Virus record (IMG/VR): IMGVR_UViG_3300029240_000001 | Strand: one strand, 5' to 3' | From: a virus | DNA: 64,000 nt | Part shown: in pieces, positions 9,677 through 18,297 of the stretch | Numbering within the stretch: position 1 is the first letter of the stretch | How the letters are laid out: each line of letters opens with the position of its first letter | Notes under the pieces: generated by a model | Told to the model about the DNA's origin: nothing | The model's input: the letters and a program-made list of their open reading frames with translations, nothing else | Database searches by the model: none | Made by a program: the position numbers and the translations under genes

Positions 9677-10076
9677 TGTAACACCTCCCCAAATCAATAC
9701 TTCTATTACTTATCCCATTGTAATCCCCTAACGACATATAATAATATGCGTTATCTTCATCTGTGACTTGAAATCCGTACTTGTCATAAACATGTTTTGC
9801 TATAATATTGCTTTTCTTTACGGCTAAATTTTTAGCACCACATCTTTTTGTAGCATAATCTAAAAGTTGATAGGATAATCCAAGTCCTCTATACTTTTCA
9901 TTGATTTCGAGATCGCTAATATTTTTACCATCCCACCAATCCCAAATTTTAAATTCAGCAACACAATTACCATTTTTTGTATGCCATTTATATTGGATTG
10001 ATGGAGTTTTCCCCAACATTACTTGTTTTGTTGTCATATTAAGATTTCTAAGTTCTTTGTATGTCAGACCAGTCAT
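9669..10076 (-). CDS. GNAT-family N-acetyltransferase
   Basis: YRGLGLSYQLLDYATKRC...AKHVYDKYGFQV matches the GNAT motif A (R/QxxGxG/A) and beta-bulge region. Confidence 0.7.
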   Translation of the reverse strand: MTGLTYKELRNLNMTTKQVMLGKTPSIQYKWHTKNGNCVAEFKIWDWWDGKNISDLEINEKYRGLGLSYQLLDYATKRCGAKNLAVKKSNIIAKHVYDKYGFQVTDEDNAYYYMSLGDYNGISNRSIDLGRCYNE

Positions 10077-10078
10077 TG

Positions 10079-10408
10079 TTAATCATCTTTTGCAAATGGG
10101 TCATACTCACTAGGTTTTGCCTGATTTGCCCATTCAACCCAACTAACAACTTTTTCTCTTAATTCATCATCAAGTAAAAATGGCTCACGAACTAGAATAA
10201 TTTTGCTATTTTTCTTCATAATATTAGCATTATCGACGATCTCTTCATAATCAACAGGATACAACAGCATCTTCGAGTAGACTCTATCGCCTCGACTTGA
10301 AATTCTTCTAGTGAAAGACGCTTCTCTAAATTTAAATCTTTCAGTCAGATGTGGATTGAGCTCCAAATCATATTCTTGAATATAACCAATCTTCATCATT
10401 AATGCCAC
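10079..10408 (-). CDS. hypothetical protein (109 aa)
   Basis: ORF in operon spacing; no family recognised. Confidence 0.55.
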   Translation of the reverse strand: MALMMKIGYIQEYDLELNPHLTERFKFREASFTRRISSRGDRVYSKMLLYPVDYEEIVDNANIMKKNSKIILVREPFLLDDELREKVVSWVEWANQAKPSEYDPFAKDD

Positions 10409-10713
10409 TCCTTCGCAAGTTTTTTCTTTATCAGATCTTTACACACTTCATCAAACGTTTTATCATATGTCGCCATTGCTTCGCAATCATTTCCACAAAC
10501 AAGATCGCATACTGTATCAGTGACATGTGCATTCAACCATATTGCAATCTCTTCATCACTCATGCTGCGAATTTTATCACCAATGGTAAAAGGAACTTCA
10601 ATTTCACCAGTTCCATTACACTGTTCACAACGTTCACTCCAAACAGAGTAGCTACTAAACTTTGCCAAAAAACCAGACCCACCACACGCTGGACAATTAA
10701 TTTTCTTCTTCAT
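10399..10713 (-). CDS. DnaJ-type CxxCxGxG zinc-finger protein
   Basis: Start moved to MKKKINCPACGGSG (GGGTGAGGTG SD); CPACGGSG and CEQCNGTG repeats. Confidence 0.6.
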   Translation of the reverse strand: MKKKINCPACGGSGFLAKFSSYSVWSERCEQCNGTGEIEVPFTIGDKIRSMSDEEIAIWLNAHVTDTVCDLVCGNDCEAMATYDKTFDEVCKDLIKKKLAKEWH

Positions 10714-10721
10714 AATGCACC

Positions 10722-11168
10722 TCACCCAAATTGATATTCCACATGTCCGCACTTGTCGCATTGATATTGATATTGAGGAGGGTTACTTGCAAGAACCATA
10801 GTTTTATTCTTGCACATTCCACCGCCACATTTTGGACAAATATACTTTGGTTCTGACCATTTATATTGATAATCATATGGAACGCCAATAGATTTACGGT
10901 ATTCATCTGCAGTCGGTAGATCAGTTGTTAGATCAGTTGTAAATACATCATTAATTTTTGCACCATTGCTATTCGTTTTACAACCTGTAGTAGTGGTTAT
11001 ATAAGTTTTATTGGTTACATGATCTGTTGTTTCACGAAGTGGCTGTACAATTGGAAATGTGCCATTAATCATAAAATAATTATTCGGACAATTCTCACAA
11101 GGATTAATAATGGATGCATATGCCCCATTGTATTGGCAATATTCACATGGGTTATTCATCTTTTCCAT
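10722..11168 (-). CDS. Cys-rich zinc-ribbon protein (148 aa)
   Basis: CEYC..CENC at N-term, CPKCG..CDKCG at C-term. Confidence 0.55.
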   Translation of the reverse strand: MEKMNNPCEYCQYNGAYASIINPCENCPNNYFMINGTFPIVQPLRETTDHVTNKTYITTTTGCKTNSNGAKINDVFTTDLTTDLPTADEYRKSIGVPYDYQYKWSEPKYICPKCGGGMCKNKTMVLASNPPQYQYQCDKCGHVEYQFG

Positions 11169-11484
11169 CCTCCTCTGTAATCAGATGTTTATTAAGTGCA
11201 TCAAAATTCTCGCAATATTCTTTATAGACCTTATCAAGTACATCTTTATCAAATTCAAATTCATTACAAAGTAACGTAATAAAGAACATTCTGTCTCTGG
11301 TTTCATTGTAATTTAACTCTTTAATTCTTACTTTAACTAAATCCGCCATTTGTAGTATCATCTTCTTACAAATCTCATAAGATTCATTATCGTGCTCTGC
11401 CATTTCCTCTGTGAGCGCTTTTGTATATGGATGCAACATCACATTGCTCAGATACTCAATATCTTCTGCTGTCCAATTTAACAT
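11152..11484 (-). CDS. hypothetical acidic protein (110 aa)
   Basis: ORF overlaps downstream gene start; operon context. Confidence 0.55.
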   Translation of the reverse strand: MLNWTAEDIEYLSNVMLHPYTKALTEEMAEHDNESYEICKKMILQMADLVKVRIKELNYNETRDRMFFITLLCNEFEFDKDVLDKVYKEYCENFDALNKHLITEEDGKDE

Positions 11485-11490
11485 ATTTAT

Positions 11491-11691
11491 TCAATCTCCT
11501 TTGTTTAAATCATGGGCGGTAGACCACTCATATACGGCATTATTCATATAATCAAGTTTAGAAAAATCATCCATTGCAAGTGCATCATCCATCATGCATA
11601 GAAAATCTTTGTCATGCAACGGACAGCCAATACAATCGTGATAAGAATGGCACATTCTCGCAAAATCTTCCATTGTTGCCTTGCTGCTCAT
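11491..11691 (-). CDS. small Cys/His-rich hypothetical protein (66 aa)
   Basis: ORF with GGAGGAGA SD upstream on minus strand. Confidence 0.5.
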   Translation of the reverse strand: MSSKATMEDFARMCHSYHDCIGCPLHDKDFLCMMDDALAMDDFSKLDYMNNAVYEWSTAHDLNKGD

Positions 11692-11786
11692 CGTATTATC
11701 TCCTCCAAATCAAAAAATGTATGATTTTTATCATATATATTTATGTTTTTTGATGTTGTAATGATCAAGTATAGTAACTATACATA

Positions 11787-12104
11787 TTAAATCTCATCTT
11801 CAAAATTGTCGTCTAAATCTACGTTTTTTGCGCCAAAAAGCTTTGCCTTATGCTCTTCGCTCATTTCACGCTTCTTTGGAGTCTTAATGGTAATGCCGCG
11901 CTCCGATGCAACAAGTGTCATGCAGCAAACAGTACCATCCTCATATACTCCCTGTAAAATTGGTTCCCATCCAACTTTTATCGCCTTATTAAAATGCTTT
12001 GGAATGCTCGTTTCCATTGTCCATGTTTTATAAAATGGATCATACCAAAGGTGTGACTCTCTCTCTTCCGGCGTAATTCGCGTAGTTCTAACGAATGTTT
12101 TCAT
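11787..12104 (-). CDS. hypothetical protein (105 aa)
   Basis: ORF with AAGGAGGAA SD upstream on minus strand. Confidence 0.55.
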   Translation of the reverse strand: MKTFVRTTRITPEERESHLWYDPFYKTWTMETSIPKHFNKAIKVGWEPILQGVYEDGTVCCMTLVASERGITIKTPKKREMSEEHKAKLFGAKNVDLDDNFEDEI

Positions 12105-12122
12105 TTTAATTCCTCCTTAAGT

Positions 12123-12608
12123 TTAGATCCATAGGCTATGGAAATATTTTGTAAAATATTTAAAAAATGATTCGAGACACTGCTGACGATATTGATCAAT
12201 TTCCTGCTGACGCTCCCACCACATTTCATCATCAAGTTTTGCTTCATGCCCATTTTTAATATCGCGGACATAATTTTCAGTAACTTCGTTTTTCTTTGAG
12301 CATGTATCTTCATTCATTTCTTGACATAGAAAAATCATTTTATCAAGAATCTGATCCCATTTTGCTCTATTTTCTTCATAGCTTGCGTCAATATCCAAAA
12401 CTGGTGTGCTAACTTTACAATCACGCTGATATTGTAGCATTTGTGGAATTACTTCCATAAACCATGTGTCCATACTAAGAACATCATAATCCGCCCAGCC
12501 TCTAAATGCACGTTGGAACCGATACTTAATTGCAAGCGGCAAGTCTTTAAATTGATGTAGAGTGTGTGGAAACTTATAGTCCTTAAATGATTTAGTTAAT
12601 TCAAACAT
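12123..12608 (-). CDS. hypothetical protein (161 aa)
   Basis: ORF in operon; overlapping 12101-12313 ORF judged out-of-frame noise. Confidence 0.55.
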   Translation of the reverse strand: MFELTKSFKDYKFPHTLHQFKDLPLAIKYRFQRAFRGWADYDVLSMDTWFMEVIPQMLQYQRDCKVSTPVLDIDASYEENRAKWDQILDKMIFLCQEMNEDTCSKKNEVTENYVRDIKNGHEAKLDDEMWWERQQEIDQYRQQCLESFFKYFTKYFHSLWI

Positions 12609-12630
12609 AGTTCAAAATACCCCCTATAGT

Positions 12631-12930
12631 TTATAGAAACATAATTTCATATCCAAATATTTTTTTCTTCTTCCAAAATTTCCACCATGGCTTTGGCTCA
12701 TAATATACACAAGATATAATTGCATTAAAATCTTTATATTTATCTCCTAGTTTATATGTATCTCCATCATAGCCTATCCATACTACATCGCCTGAACTGA
12801 TCAAAGCGACTTTCGCATTTCCAATAATTTTCTCTGTATTAATTGGTTTATTAAAATCAATAGTTAAATCAGTGCAACCTATAGGATAATCTTTAGCAGA
12901 AATTTCTACCTTATAGACGTCTTTCATCAT
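12631..12930 (-). CDS. hypothetical protein (99 aa)
   Basis: ORF; start overlaps the upstream stop (coupled). Confidence 0.5.
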   Translation of the reverse strand: MMKDVYKVEISAKDYPIGCTDLTIDFNKPINTEKIIGNAKVALISSGDVVWIGYDGDTYKLGDKYKDFNAIISCVYYEPKPWWKFWKKKKIFGYEIMFL

Positions 12931-13271
12931 TAACTCTCCTTGTCCTTTTTTCTAAATATTAAATCAAATCCAAATAATACACTTATGACAATTAATAGTA
13001 GAATACTAACGAAAGCAAAACTGGGATAAACTATTAGACTTAATGTTGTTAAAATGACTGAACCAATCACATTATATGTAGAATTTGCTAGTTTAAAGAC
13101 TTGAACAGGGTAACAAATACCATATTTAAATATGATTTTATACACGCCTATTGGCTTATCAGACTTGGAATCAAAATTCCAATAAAAACCTATATATCCT
13201 GAAGCAAATATTAATCCAATTACAAATATTAATCCAATCACACTTCTAAGCAATAATAATAACGTCATCAT
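12930..13271 (-). CDS. membrane protein (3-4 predicted TM segments)
   Basis: Hydrophobic stretches LLLLRSVIGLIFVIGLIF, VILTTLSLIVYPSFAFVSILLLIVISVLF; GGAGGAGG SD. Confidence 0.6.
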   Translation of the reverse strand: MMTLLLLLRSVIGLIFVIGLIFASGYIGFYWNFDSKSDKPIGVYKIIFKYGICYPVQVFKLANSTYNVIGSVILTTLSLIVYPSFAFVSILLLIVISVLFGFDLIFRKKDKES

Positions 13272-13274
13272 AAC

Positions 13275-13442
13275 TTAATCCTCCTCCACATCATATCCAG
13301 CATAATATCCAAGAATTTCAAGCACTCTGTTCAAAAATTTTAGCCGTTGAATATTTGTCATATCATAATATTCATTGGAGAAATTACTAGACTGTAAATC
13401 ATAAATAATTGCATCTGTATAACGTCCAAATTCATTGTCCAT
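13275..13442 (-). CDS. small hypothetical protein (55 aa, below ORF-track cutoff)
   Basis: Hand-translated MDNEFGRYTDAIIYDLQSS...GYDVEED; fills the gap between neighbours; SD AGGAGTAGG upstream. Confidence 0.45.
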   Translation of the reverse strand: MDNEFGRYTDAIIYDLQSSNFSNEYYDMTNIQRLKFLNRVLEILGYYAGYDVEED

Positions 13443-13459
13443 ATTAACCTACTCCTAAT

Positions 13460-13687
13460 TTACTGAAAATATTTCTCCCAAGCAGACGTGGGGCAGTCAA
13501 GATAATTAAGATCAATATCATCATTCCATTCAACTTGTGGGCCAGTCTGTTCATCTGCAAAATGGCAAGCACAATTTACAGAAACTCCATTCAACGCATC
13601 TTGATCAATTAAAGTTTTGATCTCATCCAAAGATAAACTGTTTTCTAAGTCACATACATATAGTGTCATCTTATAAAGTTGTGCCAC
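13460..13687 (-). CDS. small acidic hypothetical protein (75 aa), GTG start
   Basis: GTG preceded by TATAGGAGGGATAATT; the box variant lies directly upstream. Confidence 0.55.
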   Translation of the reverse strand: MAQLYKMTLYVCDLENSLSLDEIKTLIDQDALNGVSVNCACHFADEQTGPQVEWNDDIDLNYLDCPTSAWEKYFQ

Positions 13688-13698
13688 AATTATCCCTC

Positions 13699-13715
13699 CT
13701 ATAATTATGTATTGT
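13699..13715 (-). promoter_or_regulatory. conserved box variant ACAATACATAATTATAGG (minus strand)
   Basis: Core at 13701-13715, one mismatch to consensus, ends in TATAGG fused to the SD of the 13687 gene. Confidence 0.5.
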
Positions 13716-13819
13716 TTACATCAAGCGCTTCTTGTGCCCCAAGAGTTAACAACTTGTTATAATATTTTTCACTTTCATTTGGATGTTTATATGATTTTAT
13801 TGTTTTCTTACTGTCAGTT

Positions 13820-15052
13820 TTAATTTTCAATCATCTTCTTCCCAAGTTTTAAATCTTCTGGTTTATCCACGCCAATCCAGTCAATAAGTAGGTTTCGCAT
13901 GCGCTTGCTAGGAATATAGAGCCAAATTTCTTTTCCATCACGAATTGCAGATCTAAAAATCCATTGGATTAGTTCTGATAGAGCATAGGCATCTTCCTCC
14001 ACGCGCACTCCATTCTGTGTGAAGAAATTCTTTAGCACAGGACTAAAAAATCTATTAAGCAGATAAGCAACTGCATAGCATTCTCTATAGGTGTTAACCG
14101 CTCTTGCGTTACATGCTAGGAATCCACGCGAATATCCTGCGCCACTTAGCTTATTCTTATAATCAGAAAATGTTGTCCACAGATTTGCTTTTGACGGAGT
14201 GTTCATTCTTCTACGAAAAAAAGTATTAAGATTGTTCTTAATTTGCTTCATACAATCATTATTTCTATTTCTAAAATACCACGTTTTAGATAATGAATTG
14301 TCAGCAAATCCAATTCTATTCAGTTTATCATCATCAATAATATGAATTAAACTTTTGTAATCTGGAATAGAATAAATCACTTCTTCGTCTGTGAAGTGAT
14401 ATGTGTCCAAAGAATCTCCAGCAACATAAATATATTTATATTCAACATTATGATAATCATAATAATATCTTTGCAACTGCGCATCAAACATATAAGTCAA
14501 AATATAAATGTCATCAAATGCTTTAAATGCCTCAACAGGAAATAACCACAGAAGGACACAATCTCCATATATAGCCACCATGTTAAGCTCACAAAGCTTT
14601 TTGTATTTTTCAAATTCCCCTTTATATGTTTCTGCTGTCCAATGAAGCATATGTCCGTCTACAATTTCAACATACTTTTCTAGTAGTGTATCTAGGTCAT
14701 CTTTTGTAATATCTAACTCCTGAACAACGTCAGCAACTTCGTCCATAATAAGTACATACCCATAGCTCCGTGCAATGTCAATAATCTCTTGATCAAATTT
14801 TAAAAATAGTGCATGTGTTGACACAATGTTATAACCCTTATTAAATAGCTGCTTGATATCATTTAGTTTTGATCCGTGCATTTCTGGTTGTTTAAATTTT
14901 TTCTCTGGACAAGAATTAATAATTCTTTGTACTTCATCTAAGAATGGTGTAATGTATAAAATTCTTATATCATCCGGTGTGCTGTTAATATAATTAATTG
15001 CTGCACTAGTTTTTCCTGCCCCCGGTAGGGCATCTACAATCTTGACTTCCAT
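13820..15052 (-). CDS. P-loop NTPase (putative helicase/replication-type ATPase)
   Basis: Walker A DALPGAGKTS near the N-terminus, Walker B VLIMDEVADV; AAGGAGG SD; first gene of the leftward block. Confidence 0.55.
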   Translation of the reverse strand: MEVKIVDALPGAGKTSAAINYINSTPDDIRILYITPFLDEVQRIINSCPEKKFKQPEMHGSKLNDIKQLFNKGYNIVSTHALFLKFDQEIIDIARSYGYVLIMDEVADVVQELDITKDDLDTLLEKYVEIVDGHMLHWTAETYKGEFEKYKKLCELNMVAIYGDCVLLWLFPVEAFKAFDDIYILTYMFDAQLQRYYYDYHNVEYKYIYVAGDSLDTYHFTDEEVIYSIPDYKSLIHIIDDDKLNRIGFADNSLSKTWYFRNRNNDCMKQIKNNLNTFFRRRMNTPSKANLWTTFSDYKNKLSGAGYSRGFLACNARAVNTYRECYAVAYLLNRFFSPVLKNFFTQNGVRVEEDAYALSELIQWIFRSAIRDGKEIWLYIPSKRMRNLLIDWIGVDKPEDLKLGKKMIEN

Positions 15053-15094
15053 AAATTTACCTCCTTATGCCTTTTTACTTGTGTTTGATTGCTA

Positions 15095-15379
15095 CTTGTA
15101 CATGTATTTTTTAAAAAACTTGTACTTTTTTAAAAAATTGCCAATCTCTTATTCACATGCGTTTTACATTGGTTAGATTTTTTCGGGGCACCCCCCCGAT
15201 GCTTCGCATCGAATTGTACAAACCGTAATGTCCATCCATGTGTTTTACATGTGTTTAAATGCCTCTCTTTTTTTAATAAAAAGGGTATAAAAACGTGTAC
15301 AAAATCAGAAATGAGCTGAAATAGCAATGTAACGTATATTATATATTATTATATTATATATACTATAATTTTGTACTGT
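15095..15379. repeat. cluster of (T)TGTAC(A) boxes, CATGYGTTTTACAT direct repeat and T6A6 palindromes
   Basis: TGTAC boxes at 15095, 15119, 15214, 15295, 15371; CATG[C/T]GTTTTACAT at 15156-15169 and 15237-15250; TTTTTTAAAAAA at 15106-15117 and 15126-15137 (approximate). Confidence 0.6.
15363..15379 (-). promoter_or_regulatory. conserved box ACAGTACAAAATTATAG (minus strand), ~310 nt upstream of the P-loop NTPase gene
   Basis: Core at 15365-15379; embedded at the edge of a TA-rich block. Confidence 0.5.
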
Positions 15380-15707
15380 AGCTACTATATCATAAGATAA
15401 CTAGTTTGTCAATACCTATAAATAAAAGAAAAAGAGTGCATGTTCTAATACTGGATTTTGTTAACGAGCGTAGCGAAGTTAGCAAAAGCCAACCGTGCGG
15501 TAGGAGCGAAGCGACGCATAGCACGGAATACAGGCTCCGCCGCGCAGCGGTGGATACAGTGCAATGGAGAGAAGATGTATATATTAGATATATTATATAT
15601 TATATAGGATATTATTATATTTAATAATAGATAGTATTATATATTATAAATTATATATAACGTGCTACATAGCCGTCTTAGAAGCATAACACTATAGTGG
15701 GGAAGAT

Positions 15708-15778
15708 TACCTTTCCACCAGCATTTCAACTTCTCGTTGCTACGCGCCTCTAAGTTGAAACGTTGCGATGGAAAGGTA
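15708..15778. other. long imperfect hairpin in GC island 2 (candidate structured RNA or protein-binding palindrome)
   Basis: TACCTTTCCA..TTTCAACTT / AAGTTGAAA..TGGAAAGGTA arms (10+9 bp with an internal bulge) around a 19-nt loop. Confidence 0.5.
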
Positions 15779-16649
15779 TCCCCCACACCCCCTTACCAAA
15801 GATCGCTAAACAACAACATGCATATATTTTGAGGTTTATAGCATGGAGAGTGATTATATTTATATATATTATTTATATTATATATTATATATTTACATAA
15901 CTGATATACGTTTTTTTGAGCCCCTCTGCTGTTAAACGCCTATATAACTGTGTAAATCTGCCTGCCAACAATTCTCTATTTGTAGATTATCAATTCTAAG
16001 GGTTAAAAATGTGGCATATATGCATGATTTTAGAGGTTGTGATGCTAATAGAGTAAAACTACATAAGTAAATAGTTTTATGCTCCGAAAGTGGGCATTTA
16101 TATGGGATTTTTGAGGTGAGAAATGGACTGTGAGGATGGAGTAACGCTTATATGGCTACATAGTTCTTAATATAGCACTCGAAGTACGCATATTATAAGG
16201 CAATAGTGCATTTATTACAATGTTACTGCAAAATTATTGCAAAAAAGTGCTATTTATTAAGTAATTGTTAAGCAGAAATAATGTACTGTTCGCATGTGAG
16301 TAGCTTGCTTAAATAGGTGATGGAGATAATTAACAAGTGTTAAATATATTTTGCGAAAATGTTACGTGGGCTTTTATTTGCGAGGAGAATTAGGGCAGTT
16401 TTAGATAGAAGTGGAATAAATGTGTAGCACTTGTGTGATATTTGTGTGGCTTATGTGGCGAGTTATGATATGGCAAACACATGTGAAATGTAGGTGAAAA
16501 TATGATAAATTTAAGGTCATTTTCGAGTCAGTGTATAGGATAATCACCCTATGGTCTTCGGACAAAAAACACTATATCTTGTAGTTTTAAGTGCCCCCAC
16601 ACCACTATATATGGTATATTTTTAGGAAATTAGCAAAATATCTATTTTG

Positions 16650-16678
16650 TTGACTTTTCAGCTTGATAGCGGTATATT
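16650..16678 (+). promoter_or_regulatory. sigmaA-type promoter TTGACT-N17-TATATT inside the non-coding region
   Basis: TTGACT at 16650-16655, TATATT at 16673-16678; no ORF with an SD for >600 nt downstream. Confidence 0.45.
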
Positions 16679-16738
16679 AAGAGTGCAAAGAGGAACACAC
16701 AAAAACAAAACGGCGAACACGTTCGACGAATTCTGAAC

Positions 16739-16805
16739 GACTTGAAAAAGTCAAAATTCTTGAACCTTTAACCGTCGTTTTGGTAAAGACTTGAAAAAGT
16801 CAAAA
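16739..16805 (+). repeat. direct repeat GACTTGAAAAAGTCAAAA x2 (49-nt period), each with an internal GACTT/AAGTC mini-hairpin
   Basis: Identical 18-mers at 16739-16756 and 16788-16805; flanked by CAAAACGGCG at 16706 and 16866 and its inverse at 16773. Confidence 0.7.
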
Positions 16806-17167
16806 GTTACCATTGCAATTTGATCCTTGAAAATTCCATAACCTGCCACAAAAAGGCGAGTCAAGCCAAAACGGCGTTGTGTGAAATGGGCTTGTTATGC
16901 ACATATGAGCATAATCATTAGTTACCTATTTTTAGGAGAATATGGTAACAACGTTCCCACATGGCAAGCAATATCCCACACACGGGGATAAAGTAGGGCT
17001 ATTAGGATATTATATAATAGTGAGGCGATAGCGATATGTGGACAGTTATCTATAAATATAGGTGATATCTGACTATATTGTGATAGATTGATATGTATAT
17101 GTTCATGGTGACAGCATGAACGGGTATTGTATAAATATTAGTGACAATATACATATTATACACCAAT

Positions 17168-17240
17168 AGCACATAATACATTGTATTGTGTGCTACTATG
17201 TGGGGATAACTATCAATAGATTATTCCTAGATAGTAGCAC
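17168..17240. promoter_or_regulatory. operator-like inverted repeats upstream of the first rightward gene
   Basis: 13-bp imperfect palindrome AGCACATAATACA/TGTATTGTGTGCT at 17168-17194; GTGCTACTAT (17190-17199) inverted as ATAGTAGCAC (17231-17240). Confidence 0.5.
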
Positions 17241-17290
17241 ATAGCTACAAAAATAATAGGTTGTGACTTACCACAAATTAGGAGGTTATT

Positions 17291-18001
17291 ATGAAAAAAA
17301 CTATTGCAAATGCACTCATGGACAACATGACCATCGCTAACTCTAGCAAGGCGAAACTCGATGCCGAAAAGGTCGGCGTGGATGAATTTTCCAGCTGGAA
17401 ATTCGCCGAAACTGTAGCATATGAAGCACTCTATCGCTATGCTTCTGCACGCAACAACACTGCACACATGGGCGAAAATGCGAGTGTTGATGCAACGCTC
17501 ACAAGCAACGCGATGAAGGCAATCCAGATGCTTCTTGACTGCATCGGTGAAGTCAACGGTCATGCTATCTGCAAGAATCAGTCTATGCTTGACGTGCTCG
17601 CAGATTGCGTCATTGCAACCAAAAAGCCCCTTGCCGGGGAAGCTCTTAAGCAGGACAGTATTGTCAAGAATTTCCGTAGCCAGCTCAAGGAAGTCAATGA
17701 CGGTATGAGTGCCGAATACGTGGAAAAGCTGACTTCTGACTATGAAGCGGCAAAGATTAAGCTCGCAGAGCTTAAAAAGCTCGAGGACTCTTGCACCACT
17801 GTATGCACTCGTGTAACATTCAATTCTTTCCGTGCAAAGCTGGAGCTTGCTATGGGTGGTATCGTTGCCGAACAGGATGCTAAGACATGGGAAGAGCTGG
17901 AAGCAGAGAAAGAAGAGCGTCGCAAGGCTCGCCGTGCAAAGACTGCTGAGAAGAAGAAGGCGGCGAAAGAAGCTGAGAAGAAGGCTGCTGCTGTCGCTTA
18001 A
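17291..18001 (+). CDS. hypothetical protein with Lys/Ala-rich histone-H1-like C-terminal tail
   Basis: TAGGAGG SD; tail EKEERRKARRAKTAEKKKAAKEAEKKAAAVA; clearly GC-richer than flanks; the opposite-strand 264-aa ORF is a shadow. Confidence 0.7.
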   Translation: MKKTIANALMDNMTIANSSKAKLDAEKVGVDEFSSWKFAETVAYEALYRYASARNNTAHMGENASVDATLTSNAMKAIQMLLDCIGEVNGHAICKNQSMLDVLADCVIATKKPLAGEALKQDSIVKNFRSQLKEVNDGMSAEYVEKLTSDYEAAKIKLAELKKLEDSCTTVCTRVTFNSFRAKLELAMGGIVAEQDAKTWEELEAEKEERRKARRAKTAEKKKAAKEAEKKAAAVA

Positions 18002-18006
18002 TTCCA

Positions 18007-18038
18007 ACAGTACAAAATTATAGGGGGTTCATGCCCCC
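18007..18038 (+). promoter_or_regulatory. conserved box ACAGTACAAAATTATAG followed by hairpin GGGGGTTCATGCCCCC
   Basis: Core at 18007-18021; hairpin begins right after TATAG. Confidence 0.5.
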
Positions 18039-18126
18039 TTATGCTCACATGGTAACACCTCCACGTGGTGTGAGTGGATAGGTGTAAATGCACTGAACTA
18101 AGTTGCCAAAAGATGGGAGGGATGCT

Positions 18127-18297
18127 ATGAAAAAGAATATCATGCGTGTGCTTGCCCTTGTGGTGGTATGCGTCTTGTTTGTAGCCTATGGCAAGTATGT
18201 CAAAGCACAAACTATTAAATCTGCTGAATTGGTAGAGTGCAATGACACAGAATATGTCATCTCTTTTGATGGGGATGAGCATATTTACACCAAATAA
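18127..18297 (+). CDS. small secreted/membrane-anchored protein (56 aa)
   Basis: Start moved to MKKNIMRVLALVVVCVLFVAYG (GGGAGGG SD); N-terminal hydrophobic segment. Confidence 0.6.
   Translation: MKKNIMRVLALVVVCVLFVAYGKYVKAQTIKSAELVECNDTEYVISFDGDEHIYTK

Larger units (their letters stand above)
15335..15900. repeat. three TA-only low-complexity blocks separating two GC-rich islands
   Basis: ATATTATATA-type blocks at ~15335-15368, ~15577-15660, ~15853-15900; GC-rich islands at ~15455-15576 and ~15661-15812. Confidence 0.7.

Noticed and set aside
12101-12313. 70-aa ORF overlapping the 12123-12608 gene on the same strand
   Set aside because: It is out of frame within a longer, better-positioned ORF and has no independent SD.
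15130-15624. Two ORFs (15130-15327 minus, 15406-15624 plus) inside the non-coding control region
   Set aside because: They have no SD, run across repeat and hairpin elements and TA tracts, and have odd composition. I treat the region as non-coding.
15335-15900. TA-rich repeats as a possible CRISPR array or tandem satellite
   Set aside because: There are no regularly spaced identical repeats with unique spacers. The tracts are low-complexity TA runs of irregular length.
17213-18007. 264-aa ORF on the minus strand, opposite the first rightward gene
   Set aside because: It is a shadow ORF in a GC-richer stretch with no SD. The plus-strand frame has a perfect TAGGAGG SD and a sensible protein sequence.
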